Shown here piece after piece: positions 31,476 to 42,658 of a DNA stretch of 64,000 nucleotides. The notes under the pieces are model-generated. The model was not told the DNA's origin. It searched no databases and worked only from the letters and a program-made list of their open reading frames with translations. The stretch is from the human T2T-CHM13v2.0 reference genome, Homo sapiens, in NCBI RefSeq assembly GCF_009914755.1, contig NC_060931.1, one strand, 5' to 3'. Both the position numbers and the translations under genes were made by a program. The stretch's first letter is position 1, and each line of letters begins with the position of its first letter.

Positions 31476-32064
31476 TGTAAAAAGTAAAGTAGAGGTTCCT
31501 CTTCAAAGACTTTCCTCCCCATTTCATTGGGAATAAATAGTAACTTCTCTTAGAAGCAAAATGTATTCGAAGACCTGTGCTAACATTCTTAAATATCTGC
31601 TAGCCGTGGTAAAGAAATCAATGTACTTTATATTCTTAGCTCCCACAATTTAGCCTAAATATTTGCCCTGGCATGCTTATACTGGTCCAAGCAAGCATTG
31701 GGTCATAGCCTGTTCTTCTTCCTCATTTGAAGGTGTTTTTACCTTTCTTAGCATTCCACAAGTTACTTCCTCCTTCCTTTGTTCTCCTCTGCCTTTGCCT
31801 CTTTTAAAAGGTTCTAAGTTGCTAGCCAATCGGGACAAATACAGAATGTGAGGTCCCATTCCAACCAACGGAAACTGGACACAGCAGTAGGGTGGATGTG
31901 TCAGGTTATAAATGACCCTGTCTCCTTTGTTCGGTGTACTCTTGTGGCAAAACTGCTGGTGAGTGTACCCTTTCTGCAGGAAGTAAAAATGGCCTTGCTG
32001 AGGAAATTAAATTTATGTTCAAGTGCTATTTCTTTATGGCACTGGGGAACAGGCATTTCAAACA
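31476..32064 (+). mobile_element. LTR10C-like ERV1 solo LTR
   Basis: tgtaaaaagtaaagtagaggttcctcttcaaagac...catttcaaaca; 4-bp TSD tagc; CCAAT at 31826, TATAAA at 31907. Confidence 0.88.
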
Positions 32065-32175
32065 TAGCAAAACAGAAGGAAGAACACTTCATATAATCCC
32101 TGGAGACTGAATGCCTTCTTTATGTTACTGAGGGAAAGGAGCTTGGGAGTTAAGTTCTTCTGAAAGCTTCATCTT

Positions 32176-32222
32176 GGAATGAAGCTACCTCCCAGGAATG
32201 AAGCTACCTCCCAGAAATGAAG
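32176..32222 (+). repeat. 19-bp tandem duplication
   Basis: ggaatgaagctacctccca twice, plus a partial third unit. Confidence 0.9.
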
Positions 32223-32975
32223 ACCAAAAAATAGAAATAAATAGTAAACAAACAGGGTCACTCATTCTCTAGATTCCAAAAGATATGTGGGAAATGAGGG
32301 GCATGAAGGAGTAGGAACCTATTTGAGAAGTCCAGACCCAACTCCCCGCTGCCCTTTGATCCCTTCTCTACTTTTAGCATACGAATGAACTTCACTTTGT
32401 GAAGCAGAGCCGGCTAGTACTTGGCTGCCGGGCCTTCCTTAGGGTTTCTGCAAGGAAAATGTGAGCACAGCATTCAGCATTCACCCTGGGAGACAGCAGA
32501 CTTCTGGAGTGGCCATAGGTTTCTCTGTGGAGTATTTGTGGGCCTTGCAGCAATCTAAATGCACAGGAGAATTCCAGCCTGGGCTTCTGCTAACTCCAGA
32601 AAATTGGAGGTCCGACTTGAATGAGGATGACAAAGGAGTCTTAGGGTTTCGCTGAAAAAGTCTAGGGTTGTTCAACACTACTCACTGTCTGTACTGACAG
32701 CTGTTTTGGTCCAGTCTGTACAGGAAGGAAACAACCCCAGAGACTACTCATCAGGTTCCACAGTGACAAGGGAAGGAAAATATATCATGTGCCTCAGGAT
32801 CTAGCCAGAGTTAAAGCCTACGAATTAAGTAGAGGCAACTCAGATAGACAAAAAGACAGTCTACCAATTTTAGGTCAAAATATGAAGATCCTGCAGTCTT
32901 CACAATCTAGAAACAAAATGATGCTGAATAGGCTTCAGGATTCGCATAATGGATGATAAAAAAAGTTGAATTGAG

Positions 32976-33421
<446 letters not shown>

Positions 33422-33452
33422 CTACCAAATCTACATTGACTGATTAATGGAG

Positions 33453-33454
<2 letters not shown>

Positions 33455-33494
<40 letters not shown>
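33455..33494. repeat. (AC)20 microsatellite
   Basis: Counted directly. Confidence 0.97.
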
Positions 33495-33496
<2 letters not shown>

Positions 33497-33604
33497 CTCC
33501 TGCAAATTTAGAAAATTTACATATAAATATATGCATTCATATTGATAATGTAAATAAAAAATAAACTTATATATATATTTAAGTTGAAGGATATAACAAG
33601 GCTA

Positions 33605-34051
<447 letters not shown>

Positions 34052-34148
34052 TTAAATAAATCAGTTATAGTGTTGAATTCATCCCTACATCTACATACTC
34101 TACTTGTGAAATAGTTCCTATTGCAAGTAAATTCATATTCAAAATTTA

Positions 34149-34504
<356 letters not shown>

Positions 34505-34959
34505 TCACTAACTTAAAACAAAGCATCAACACTGGAAAAATTCCAAAGGTATCTATTGTATTTTCAAACTTGATCTGTTTGAATCATCCATCCAACTCCA
34601 CATGAACTAATTGGCAAAACTAAGGTTTCTAGGGTGGACAATGGTGTCCCTGAATAAAGTCCTTTTCATTCATTTGCTTGGAAGGATACCTAGCCTGATA
34701 GCCAACCCTTACCTTGCTCACCTGAGAGCAAAGCCTATCATCCCACAGCCCTGCCTGCTTACCCCTTGCAGAATCTCAATCTGAAGAGTTTACAACAAAA
34801 GGAAGACAAAAGAAAGCCACATTAGCTACTCAGGCTCTCCTTCTTACAGGTGAATAGATAAATTAGGACTGTTCTCTTCCAATGAAGAGAACCAGCAACA
34901 AGAGAGAACCACCAACAAGAGAGACCAAGATAAATCATCAGAAACACTGAAATAATTTA

Positions 34960-35620
34960 GGAAACAAAGCAATTGTAATTAAAATACTCAAATGATATTC
35001 ATAACCAAGGATACGTTTCTATTAAAAAGGAGCAATCAGAAAACAGAAGAAACCATTAGAAATTATTAGTTATTGACATAAAAAACACACTAGAAGAATG
35101 GAAAAGTCAAGGAAATTTCTCAGATGTTAGAACAAAAAGACAGAGATATGAAGGCAGGGGGTGAGATATAAGTGAAGGGACAATTTAATGTTTTGTATAT
35201 TTTGCCACAATATTTAAAAACTAAGAGACAAACCAATTCGGCATTAGTCTAACATTAGACAAATAAAATTTCAAGAAAGGACAGAGATAATGAAGAAGAC
35301 AAAATTGTCAAAGAAATAATGAAAATATATAAAGCCTCTTGTTCATAAATGTTCAGATTGAAAGGATCTACTAAATGCCCAGTTCACAAATTTAAAAATA
35401 CCTACTGCTAGACACATTACTATGAAATTTCAGAGCACTTAACATATAGAGACTACCTCAAAATCTTTCAGAAAGTAAAACCAAGTCAGACACAAAAGAA
35501 CAAGCCATACCGGCATCTGATTTCTCATTGGTTAACAGTGGGTGCTAAAAAAAATTGGACTTCTACTTTCAAAAGTCTAAGGAAAAATAATATTCCACCA
35601 GTTGTGGTGGGATTATATCT
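34960..35620 (+). mobile_element. Ancient L1 ORF1-like or HAL1-like remnant
   Basis: A-rich; cagattgaaagg...ctagacacattactatgaaatttcag...catctgatttctca motifs. Confidence 0.6.
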
Positions 35621-35902
35621 TGAAACATTAATCATATGTTTCCTGTGTGTTTCTCTCCCTCTTTACACCCCTAGGTGTAAAATAGATTTATAGATTTAAA
35701 GCTAAATAGAGTTGGAAAGACTATTTTTTTTCCCACTTGCACCCCTAGGGTCTTTTTATTCTTCTATTCAGTTCTACTCAGATAGGAATAAGTCACCCAC
35801 TTTGGAAGCAGTAACATAGACTATAAAATTAAAAGGGTGAGATATTTAGCCAAAGGATATGTCTGCATGATTGCAGAGTTAGTTTTTCCACTCTAAAGAC
35901 TA

Positions 35903-36437
<535 letters not shown>

Positions 36438-36476
36438 AGCCATGATGTTTTCTTTATTCCTGTCTCCAAGTGGTCT

Positions 36477-37234
36477 TGTTACCGGGGGTCTTTGTTCTTG
36501 GAGCTCCCAAGTTGGTGGCGAGTGGCTCCCAAGATGGCGGCAAGCCTTTTGTTCTCCGACCTGGGTTTCTTGGCCTCACGGATTCTAAGGAATGGAACCT
36601 TGGGCCATGCAGTGAGTGTTACAGCTCTATTAGAAGTCATGGGTCACGGAAGAGAATGGTGGAACCCAGCGACTAGTGTTCGGCTCGATTAGGTCGAACC
36701 CCAGCACTTATGTAGGAACAATGGCAAGCCTTTAGCCCGATCTGGAGCAGCAATGGGCGCCTGGCTGGATCAGGAGCGCAGCAGACACCTGGCCGGATCC
36801 GGAGGGGTGAAAGTCAGTGGCGGGTCTGCAACCGCAGGGATCAGCAGTGGTAGATGGCAAGCAAAAGCTCAGCTTGAGCTGGAACAAACATGGACCAGAA
36901 GAGTGTACAGTTGCAAGATTTAATAGAGAGAAAACAGAGCTCCCATGCAACGGGAGGGGACCCAAAGGGGGCTGCCCACTCCCCGCTCGAATGCCTGGGG
37001 TTTATATCTCAATCATTGTCCTGCCCCCTGTGTTCGCAGGCAATATATAATTTGACTATTTCTTTACCTCCTGCTTTTAGCCTAATTTGTAATTTAGTGA
37101 GCCCTCTTTACTACCTGATTGGTCAGGTGTGAGCTGAGTTACAAGCCGCTTGTTTAAAGGTGGGTGTGGTCACCTTCCCCAGCTAGGCTTAGGAATTCTT
37201 AGTCGGCCTAGGAAATCCAGCTAGTCCTGTCTCT
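36477..37234 (-). mobile_element. LTR17 (HERV-W) solo LTR
   Basis: Minus strand reads agagacaggactagctggatttcctaggccgactaagaa...gacccccggtaaca; TSD gtct; CCAAT 37118-37122, TATAAA 37001-37006 and ATTAAA 36919-36924 on the minus strand. Confidence 0.9.
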
Positions 37235-37280
37235 GTCTCTCTGCCTTTTTCTTCCCTCTGCAATCCAAATTTTATCTAGT

Positions 37281-37593
37281 GTTTTTTTGTTTTTGTTTTT
37301 TGTTTTTTGTTTTAGAGAAAGTCTTGCTGTGTCGCCCAGGCTGGAATGCAGTGGCACAATCTTGGCTCACTGCAGTCTGCCTCCTGAGTTCAAGCAGTTC
37401 TCATGCCTCAGCCTCCTGAGGAGCTGGGATTACAGGTGTACACCACCACGCCTGGCTAATTTTTTGTACTTTTAGTAGAAACAGGGTTTCACCATGTTGG
37501 CCGGGCTGGTCTCAAATTCCTGGCCTCAAGTGATCTGCCTGCCATGGCCTCCCAAAGGGTTGAGATTACAGGCGTGAGCCACCCCGCCTGGCC
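37281..37593 (-). mobile_element. AluS-like
   Basis: Reverse dimer with (TTTTG)n tail. Confidence 0.92.
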
Positions 37594-38021
37594 TAAAAAG
37601 GTGATACTGATGGAAAAGATGAAATAATCTTAACAGATGATATGATGGAAAGGATTTGTTGAAGCCAGGGCTTTAAGAAGAAAACAGAGAGGAGTACATT
37701 TAGAAATTTTAAAATAAAACTCGACAAGAAAAAGAAATCTAAATATGTAGCCAGCTCAAATGCATAATTGTTTTAAGACATTTTTTAATTGTAAGAAGAG
37801 AAAATTCATTTGACCTTGAGGAAAAGAAATTGTCCTACTGATCCTGAGTGTATCATTTGGACCAGTAAAGAAGTAAAGTGTTTCTAGCATGTAACTTGAG
37901 CCAGCATTTGCACAGGACTAATAACACAAAAGCTGCTTTTTTGACTTGCAAGGAAGACTGGACTGTGGTAGCAGAGCAGAATACAAATAGGTAATCTTGA
38001 TCATGCAAAAAGGTAATTGAC

Positions 38022-38156
38022 AAAAAAAAGGGGGGGTGCCATGGAAGAAGGAGGAAAGCTAGAAAAAAGAACGGGGGCACCAACATCTTTTTATTAAGCT
38101 AAGACTCAATAGAAAGTGCTTAGAGTTGATGGCACAAGAAATAGAGGCATAAATAA
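38022..38156 (+). repeat. About 130-bp direct duplication, copy 1
   Basis: Shares gcaccaacatctttttattaagct and ttgatggcacaagaaa with 40197-40323. Confidence 0.9.
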
Positions 38157-38287
38157 TTCATACTCACAAAGGTAATCAATGGAAAAGCTGAAAGAAAAAT
38201 ATGGCACAAGATAGACATCCAGCATTGAAAGGAGTAAAGGAGAACGTCAAATATGAGAACAGTTACAACAGAAATCTTTTTTGAATG

Positions 38288-38650
38288 TTGATTTAGGCAG
38301 TTCAGGCTGCTATAACCAGCTACCATAGACTGGGTGCCTTAAACAACAAACATTTATCTCTCAACAGTTTTGGAGGCTGGGAAGTACAAGATCAAGGTGC
38401 TCGTAGATCCCATATCTGATGACATCCTTCTTCTGGATTTGAAGAGGGCCATCTAATCATGGCGAAGGGAAAGAGAGGGAAAGCAAGCTGTCTCATGTCT
38501 CTTCTTGTAAGAGCATGAATCCCATCATGAGAGCTCCACCCCCACAAATTAATCACCTCCCAAAGGCCCCATCTCCAAACAGCATCCCACTGGGGATTAG
38601 GGTTTCAACATAGGAATTTTGGAAGAATACAAATATTTGGTCCATACCAT
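38288..38650 (-). mobile_element. MLT1A-like MaLR LTR
   Basis: ttcaggctgctataac...ggaggctgggaagtacaagatcaaggtgc...ttcaacataggaatttt. Confidence 0.85.
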
Positions 38651-38694
38651 TGACTGTGGAAAATAGATCTGAGGCTAGACAGAGGTGGGAAGAA

Positions 38695-38999
38695 TTTTTT
38701 TTTTTTTTTTTTTTTTTTTTTTGAGACAGAGTCTCACTCTGTTGCCCAGGCTGGAGTGCAGTGGCACGATCTCGGTTCACTGCAAACTCCGCCTCCTGAG
38801 TTCAAGCAATTCTCGTGCCTCAAGTAGCTGGGATTACAGGCACGTGCTACCACGTCCAGATAATTTTTTTGTATTTTTAGTAAAGATGGGGTTTCACCAT
38901 GTTGGCCAGGCTGGTCTCAAACTCCTGACCTCAGGTGATCCGCCCACCTCGGACTCCCAAAGTGCTGGGATTACAGGCATGAGCCATTGCGCCCTGCCT
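38695..38999 (-). mobile_element. AluS-like
   Basis: Reverse dimer with long T-tail. Confidence 0.94.
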
Positions 39000-39162
39000 A
39001 TTATTTTTAATTAAAAACTCCTCTATGTTCTTTGATTTGTTTTCTTGAATATATACTTTTTTGACTAAAAAATTGTAAGATGTATTTCAGAAATCATCTC
39101 TTCTGTAAAACCTTCTCTGATGTCCCCTCCCCTGCTCCCACCAGCAGCACAGGGCACTTGCT

Positions 39163-39477
39163 TTTTTAAATTAATTAATTAATTTATTTATTTATTTATT
39201 TTGGAGACAGAGTCTCGCTCTGTTGCCCAGGCTGGAGTGCAGTGGCACCATCTCTCAACCTCCGCCTCACGAGCTCAAGTGGTTCTCCTGCCTCAGCCTC
39301 CCGAGTAGCTGGGACTACAGACGCCCACCATGGCGCCCGGCTAATTTTTGTATTTTTAGTAGAGATGGGGTTTCACCATGTTGGCCAGGCTGGTCATGAA
39401 CTCCTCACCTCAGGTGATCCGCCCACCTCGGCCTCCCAAAGTGCTGGGATTACAGGCGTAAGTCACCATGCCTGGCT
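39163..39477 (-). mobile_element. AluS-like within an L2 remnant
   Basis: Reverse dimer; flanks share cagggcactt. Confidence 0.93.
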
Positions 39478-39521
39478 GAGCAGGGCACTTTCATTTATGC
39501 CCTAGTTGTACTTATATCAGA

Positions 39522-39911
39522 TGCTATGGACTGAATTTTGTCCCACTCACCCCATGCCCAGATTCATATGTTGAAGCTCTAATACTCACTTCCATGCGAC
39601 TGTATTGGAGATAGCCTTCGGGGAGTTGGGGGTGGATTAAGGTTAAATGAGGGCATAAGGGTAGAGCCCTGATCTGTTAGAACTGGTGCCCTTATAAGAA
39701 GAGGAAGAGACACCAGAACTGTCTCTCTACCATGTGAGGACACAGCGAGATGGTGGGTGTCTGCCAGCCAGAAAGAGAGCCCTCACCAGAACCTGACAAT
39801 GCTGGCACTGTGATCTCAGACTTCTCAAAACTCTGAGAAAATTAATTTCTACTGTTTAAGAAATACCCAGTCTATGATATTTTGTTATGGTGGCCTGAGC
39901 CAACTAATGCA
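39522..39911 (+). mobile_element. MLT1A-like MaLR LTR
   Basis: tgctatggactgaat...cccttataagaagagg...ctaatgca. Confidence 0.85.
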
Positions 39912-39999
39912 CCAGGTTCTACTGCCATGATTTAATATATCTATCTCCCCTTCTAGATTCTAGACTCCTTGAGAGCAAAGGCCCATATTAATATTAATA

Positions 40000-40170
40000 G
40001 AACTGCCATATAGTGAGGGCCAACTATGTGTCAGACACTGCACTAGGCTCTCACAACTATCTTGGGTGACAGAGCGAGACTCCGTCTCAAAAAAAAAAAA
40101 AAATCCTAAAACTTCTTAATGTCAGAACTATTATCCTCACTTTACAGGTAAGAAACTAAGGCCATAGAAG
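40000..40170 (-). mobile_element. MIR containing a roughly 40-bp Alu 3' stub (40061-40103, + strand)
   Basis: tattatcctcactttacaggtaagaaactaagg core; stub gggtgacagagcgagactccgtctc(a)n. Confidence 0.7.
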
Positions 40171-40196
40171 GAGGCCTTTTTTTCTTACAGGTAAGG

Positions 40197-40323
40197 AAAA
40201 AAAAGGGCCATGGAAGGAGGAGGAAAGCTTTAAAAAAATGGGAGCACCAACATCTTTTTATTAAGCTGAGACTTAATAGGTAATGCTGAAAATTGATGGC
40301 ACAAGAAACAGAGGCATAAATAA
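40197..40323 (+). repeat. About 130-bp direct duplication, copy 2
   Basis: Homologous to 38022-38156. Confidence 0.9.
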
Positions 40324-40603
40324 GAGGAGAAATTGTGTGATTTGTCTAAGTTCATTAAAATCCATTCATACCTGCCTCCACAACACCATACTGCCCTCCT
40401 TATTATCTGTATTTTCTTGCCTCCTAGCAATTCACACACAGCGGTTTTCAGAATTTGTTTGTTAATTTTCTGAATAAGTGGAATCCCTATCTCAGAAAGG
40501 GAAAAGGATGCTGTTTCTCTTTACAGTAATGAAATTCCTGAACTAACATTTTTGAACACTCTTCACCTCCCACGATAATAAAGTTTTAAATCCCTCTTTT
40601 AGA

Positions 40604-40760
40604 CAGGCCTAACCACATAATTTGTGGATCTCAGTGCAAAATGAAATTGCAGGACTTACAGTTCAAAAATTCTTAAGAATTTCAAGATGGCAGCAACAGA
40701 GCGTTAAACCAAGCCCAGGACCTTCACAGGCATAGGCTGCATGCCCAAGAAGCCAGCCCT
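40604..40760 (-). mobile_element. MER91A-like hAT element
   Basis: cagtgcaaaatgaaa...ttaagaatttcaagatggcagcaacagagcgttaaaccaagc. Confidence 0.8.
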
Positions 40761-41247
40761 CCCCACCATGACATTTCCTCCATGCAACTCTCAGTCTCTA
40801 ATCATTACATATGACATTGTTATTTCAGGTGGGATGAGAGACAGTGTGGCTGGGAGTGCATCACACACCTATTTTTCCTTTGTTTCTCTGTTTCCTAGAA
40901 ATGATCCATTAGCCAGATCAAGAACTAACACTTGAGAGAGAATTCTCAACAGACACACCGAGTTGTGTTCCTAAACAACAAAAGCATTCGTGGAATGTGC
41001 AAAGGAGGCTGAGTGCCTATGATCCAAGTTTTGCTCCAGAAAGGGAAAACACATAAAACTCCACATAAATGTATCATAAAATGAGAAGATATCGTGATCA
41101 TAGGAGATTAAAACACTTGGCCCATTGCCTTGCAATCAAAGTAATCTTTGAATACATTCAAGAGTTAGCACCAACATTGCCAACCCTAGTAGAATTGTTC
41201 CATAAGGAATGCTGCATTCTTAGCTAGTGGCTATGAAACTTTAAACC

Positions 41248-41838
41248 AAGAATTGTAAATCCAGTGCCCTTAGGAGCCAGACAGGTACTGTACATGAGTG
41301 AGGTCGGACACGTGGGGACTTGGGCAACTGGAGAGCACATCTGGCTCTCTAGGTGCAGCTCTTCCCCTAGTCCAGTCCGTCTGATTTTTTTTTTTTTTTT
41401 TTTTGAGACAGCTTCTCACGCTGTTGCCCAGGCCAGAACACAATGGGATGATCAAGCCATCCCCCCACCCCAGCCTCCGAAGTAGCTGCAACTACAGGCA
41501 TGAGCCACCATGCCCGACTAAATTTTATTTTTTGTAGAGATGAGCTTTCACTATGTTGCCCAGGCTGGTCTTGAACTCCTGGACTCAAGTGATCCACCCA
41601 CCTTGGCCTCCCAAAGTGCTGGGGTTACATGCACGAGTCACCACGCCCAGAATCTATTCATAGGAGTGTGGGCCTGTGTGATCAGATCTCCTGAATTTTC
41701 AAGAAAATTTTAAAAATGGATATATCTCAAGTTGCAAATGTTAGTAACTCATTTTAATAATGAACCAAATCTGTTCTGGTCAAATAAAAGTTGTCTGGGG
41801 GGTTGGTAATGGTCATGTGCCCTTAGTTTAAGCTCTAA
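41248..41838 (-). mobile_element. MER102-like hAT-Charlie element interrupted by an AluJ
   Basis: aactggagagcacat and tgtgggcc...cagatctcctgaattttcaaga motifs. Confidence 0.7.
41385..41650 (-). mobile_element. AluJ-like with internal deletion
   Basis: Reverse Alu arms. Confidence 0.88.
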
Positions 41839-41894
41839 GTGACTAAGAAAACCCTCATTTTATCATACAGCTTCCTAAGAAAACTAAGTTTGGA

Positions 41895-42202
41895 GTCTGG
41901 GTGTGGTGGCTCACGCCTGTAACCCCAGCACTTTGAGAGGCTGAGGTGGGTGGATCACAAGGTCAGGAGTTCGAGACCAGCCTGGCCAACATAGTGAAAC
42001 CCCATCTCTACTACAAATACAAAAATTAGCCAGGTGCAGTGGTATGCACCTGTAGTCCCAGCTACTTGGGAGACTGAGGCAGAAGAATCGCTTGAACCCA
42101 GGAGGTAGAGGTTGTGGTAAGCCGAGATCGCACCACTGCCCTCCAGTCTGGTCAACAGAGCAAGACTTTGTCTCAAAAAAAAAGAAAGAAAGAAAAGAAA
42201 AA
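41895..42202 (+). mobile_element. AluS-like
   Basis: Full dimer; flanks share gtttgg. Confidence 0.94.
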
Positions 42203-42291
42203 TATGTTTGGGACAAGAGCCCCATACACAAATTCGTCACAAGAATGCTCAGGTGGCCAGGACATTTGAGTTGGGAAGGACAAAGATTCTA

Positions 42292-42486
42292 AGGCATTGG
42301 TTCTCAAATCCACCACTCCAGGAGACATTTTTGGTTGTCACAAGTGGGAGGAGGATTAAAATGTTAGTGGCATCTCGTGGGGAGAGGCTACGGGTGCTGT
42401 TAAACATCCTGCAATGCAGACAACAGCCCTCACAACAAATATCATCCAACCATAATGGCAATAGTGCTGAGGTTGAGAAACTCTGC
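42292..42486 (+). mobile_element. MER20 hAT element
   Basis: ggagacatttttggttgtcacaa...aatagtgctgaggttgagaaactctg. Confidence 0.85.
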
Positions 42487-42529
42487 CCTAAGGTAATGAT
42501 TTGTCTTCAGAATGCAGTCCTCAGGCCAC

Positions 42530-42658
42530 AGATTAATGCAGATCCTTGATACCCAACCCAGCCTGCTGAATCATATACTCTGTAGGTAACACTAGATGTG
42601 TGCATTTTAGAAGTCTTCCCAGGTGATGTAAATGCATGCTGAAATTTGAGAGCCATTG
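42530..42658. mobile_element. MER5A-like fragment
   Basis: cctgctgaatca...cccaggtgat...aatttgagagccattg. Confidence 0.6.

Noticed and set aside
31668-31698. p53 site in the LTR10-family element
   Set aside because: Only imperfect, widely spaced half-sites (tggcatgctt, aagcaagcat); no RRRCWWGYYY tandem.
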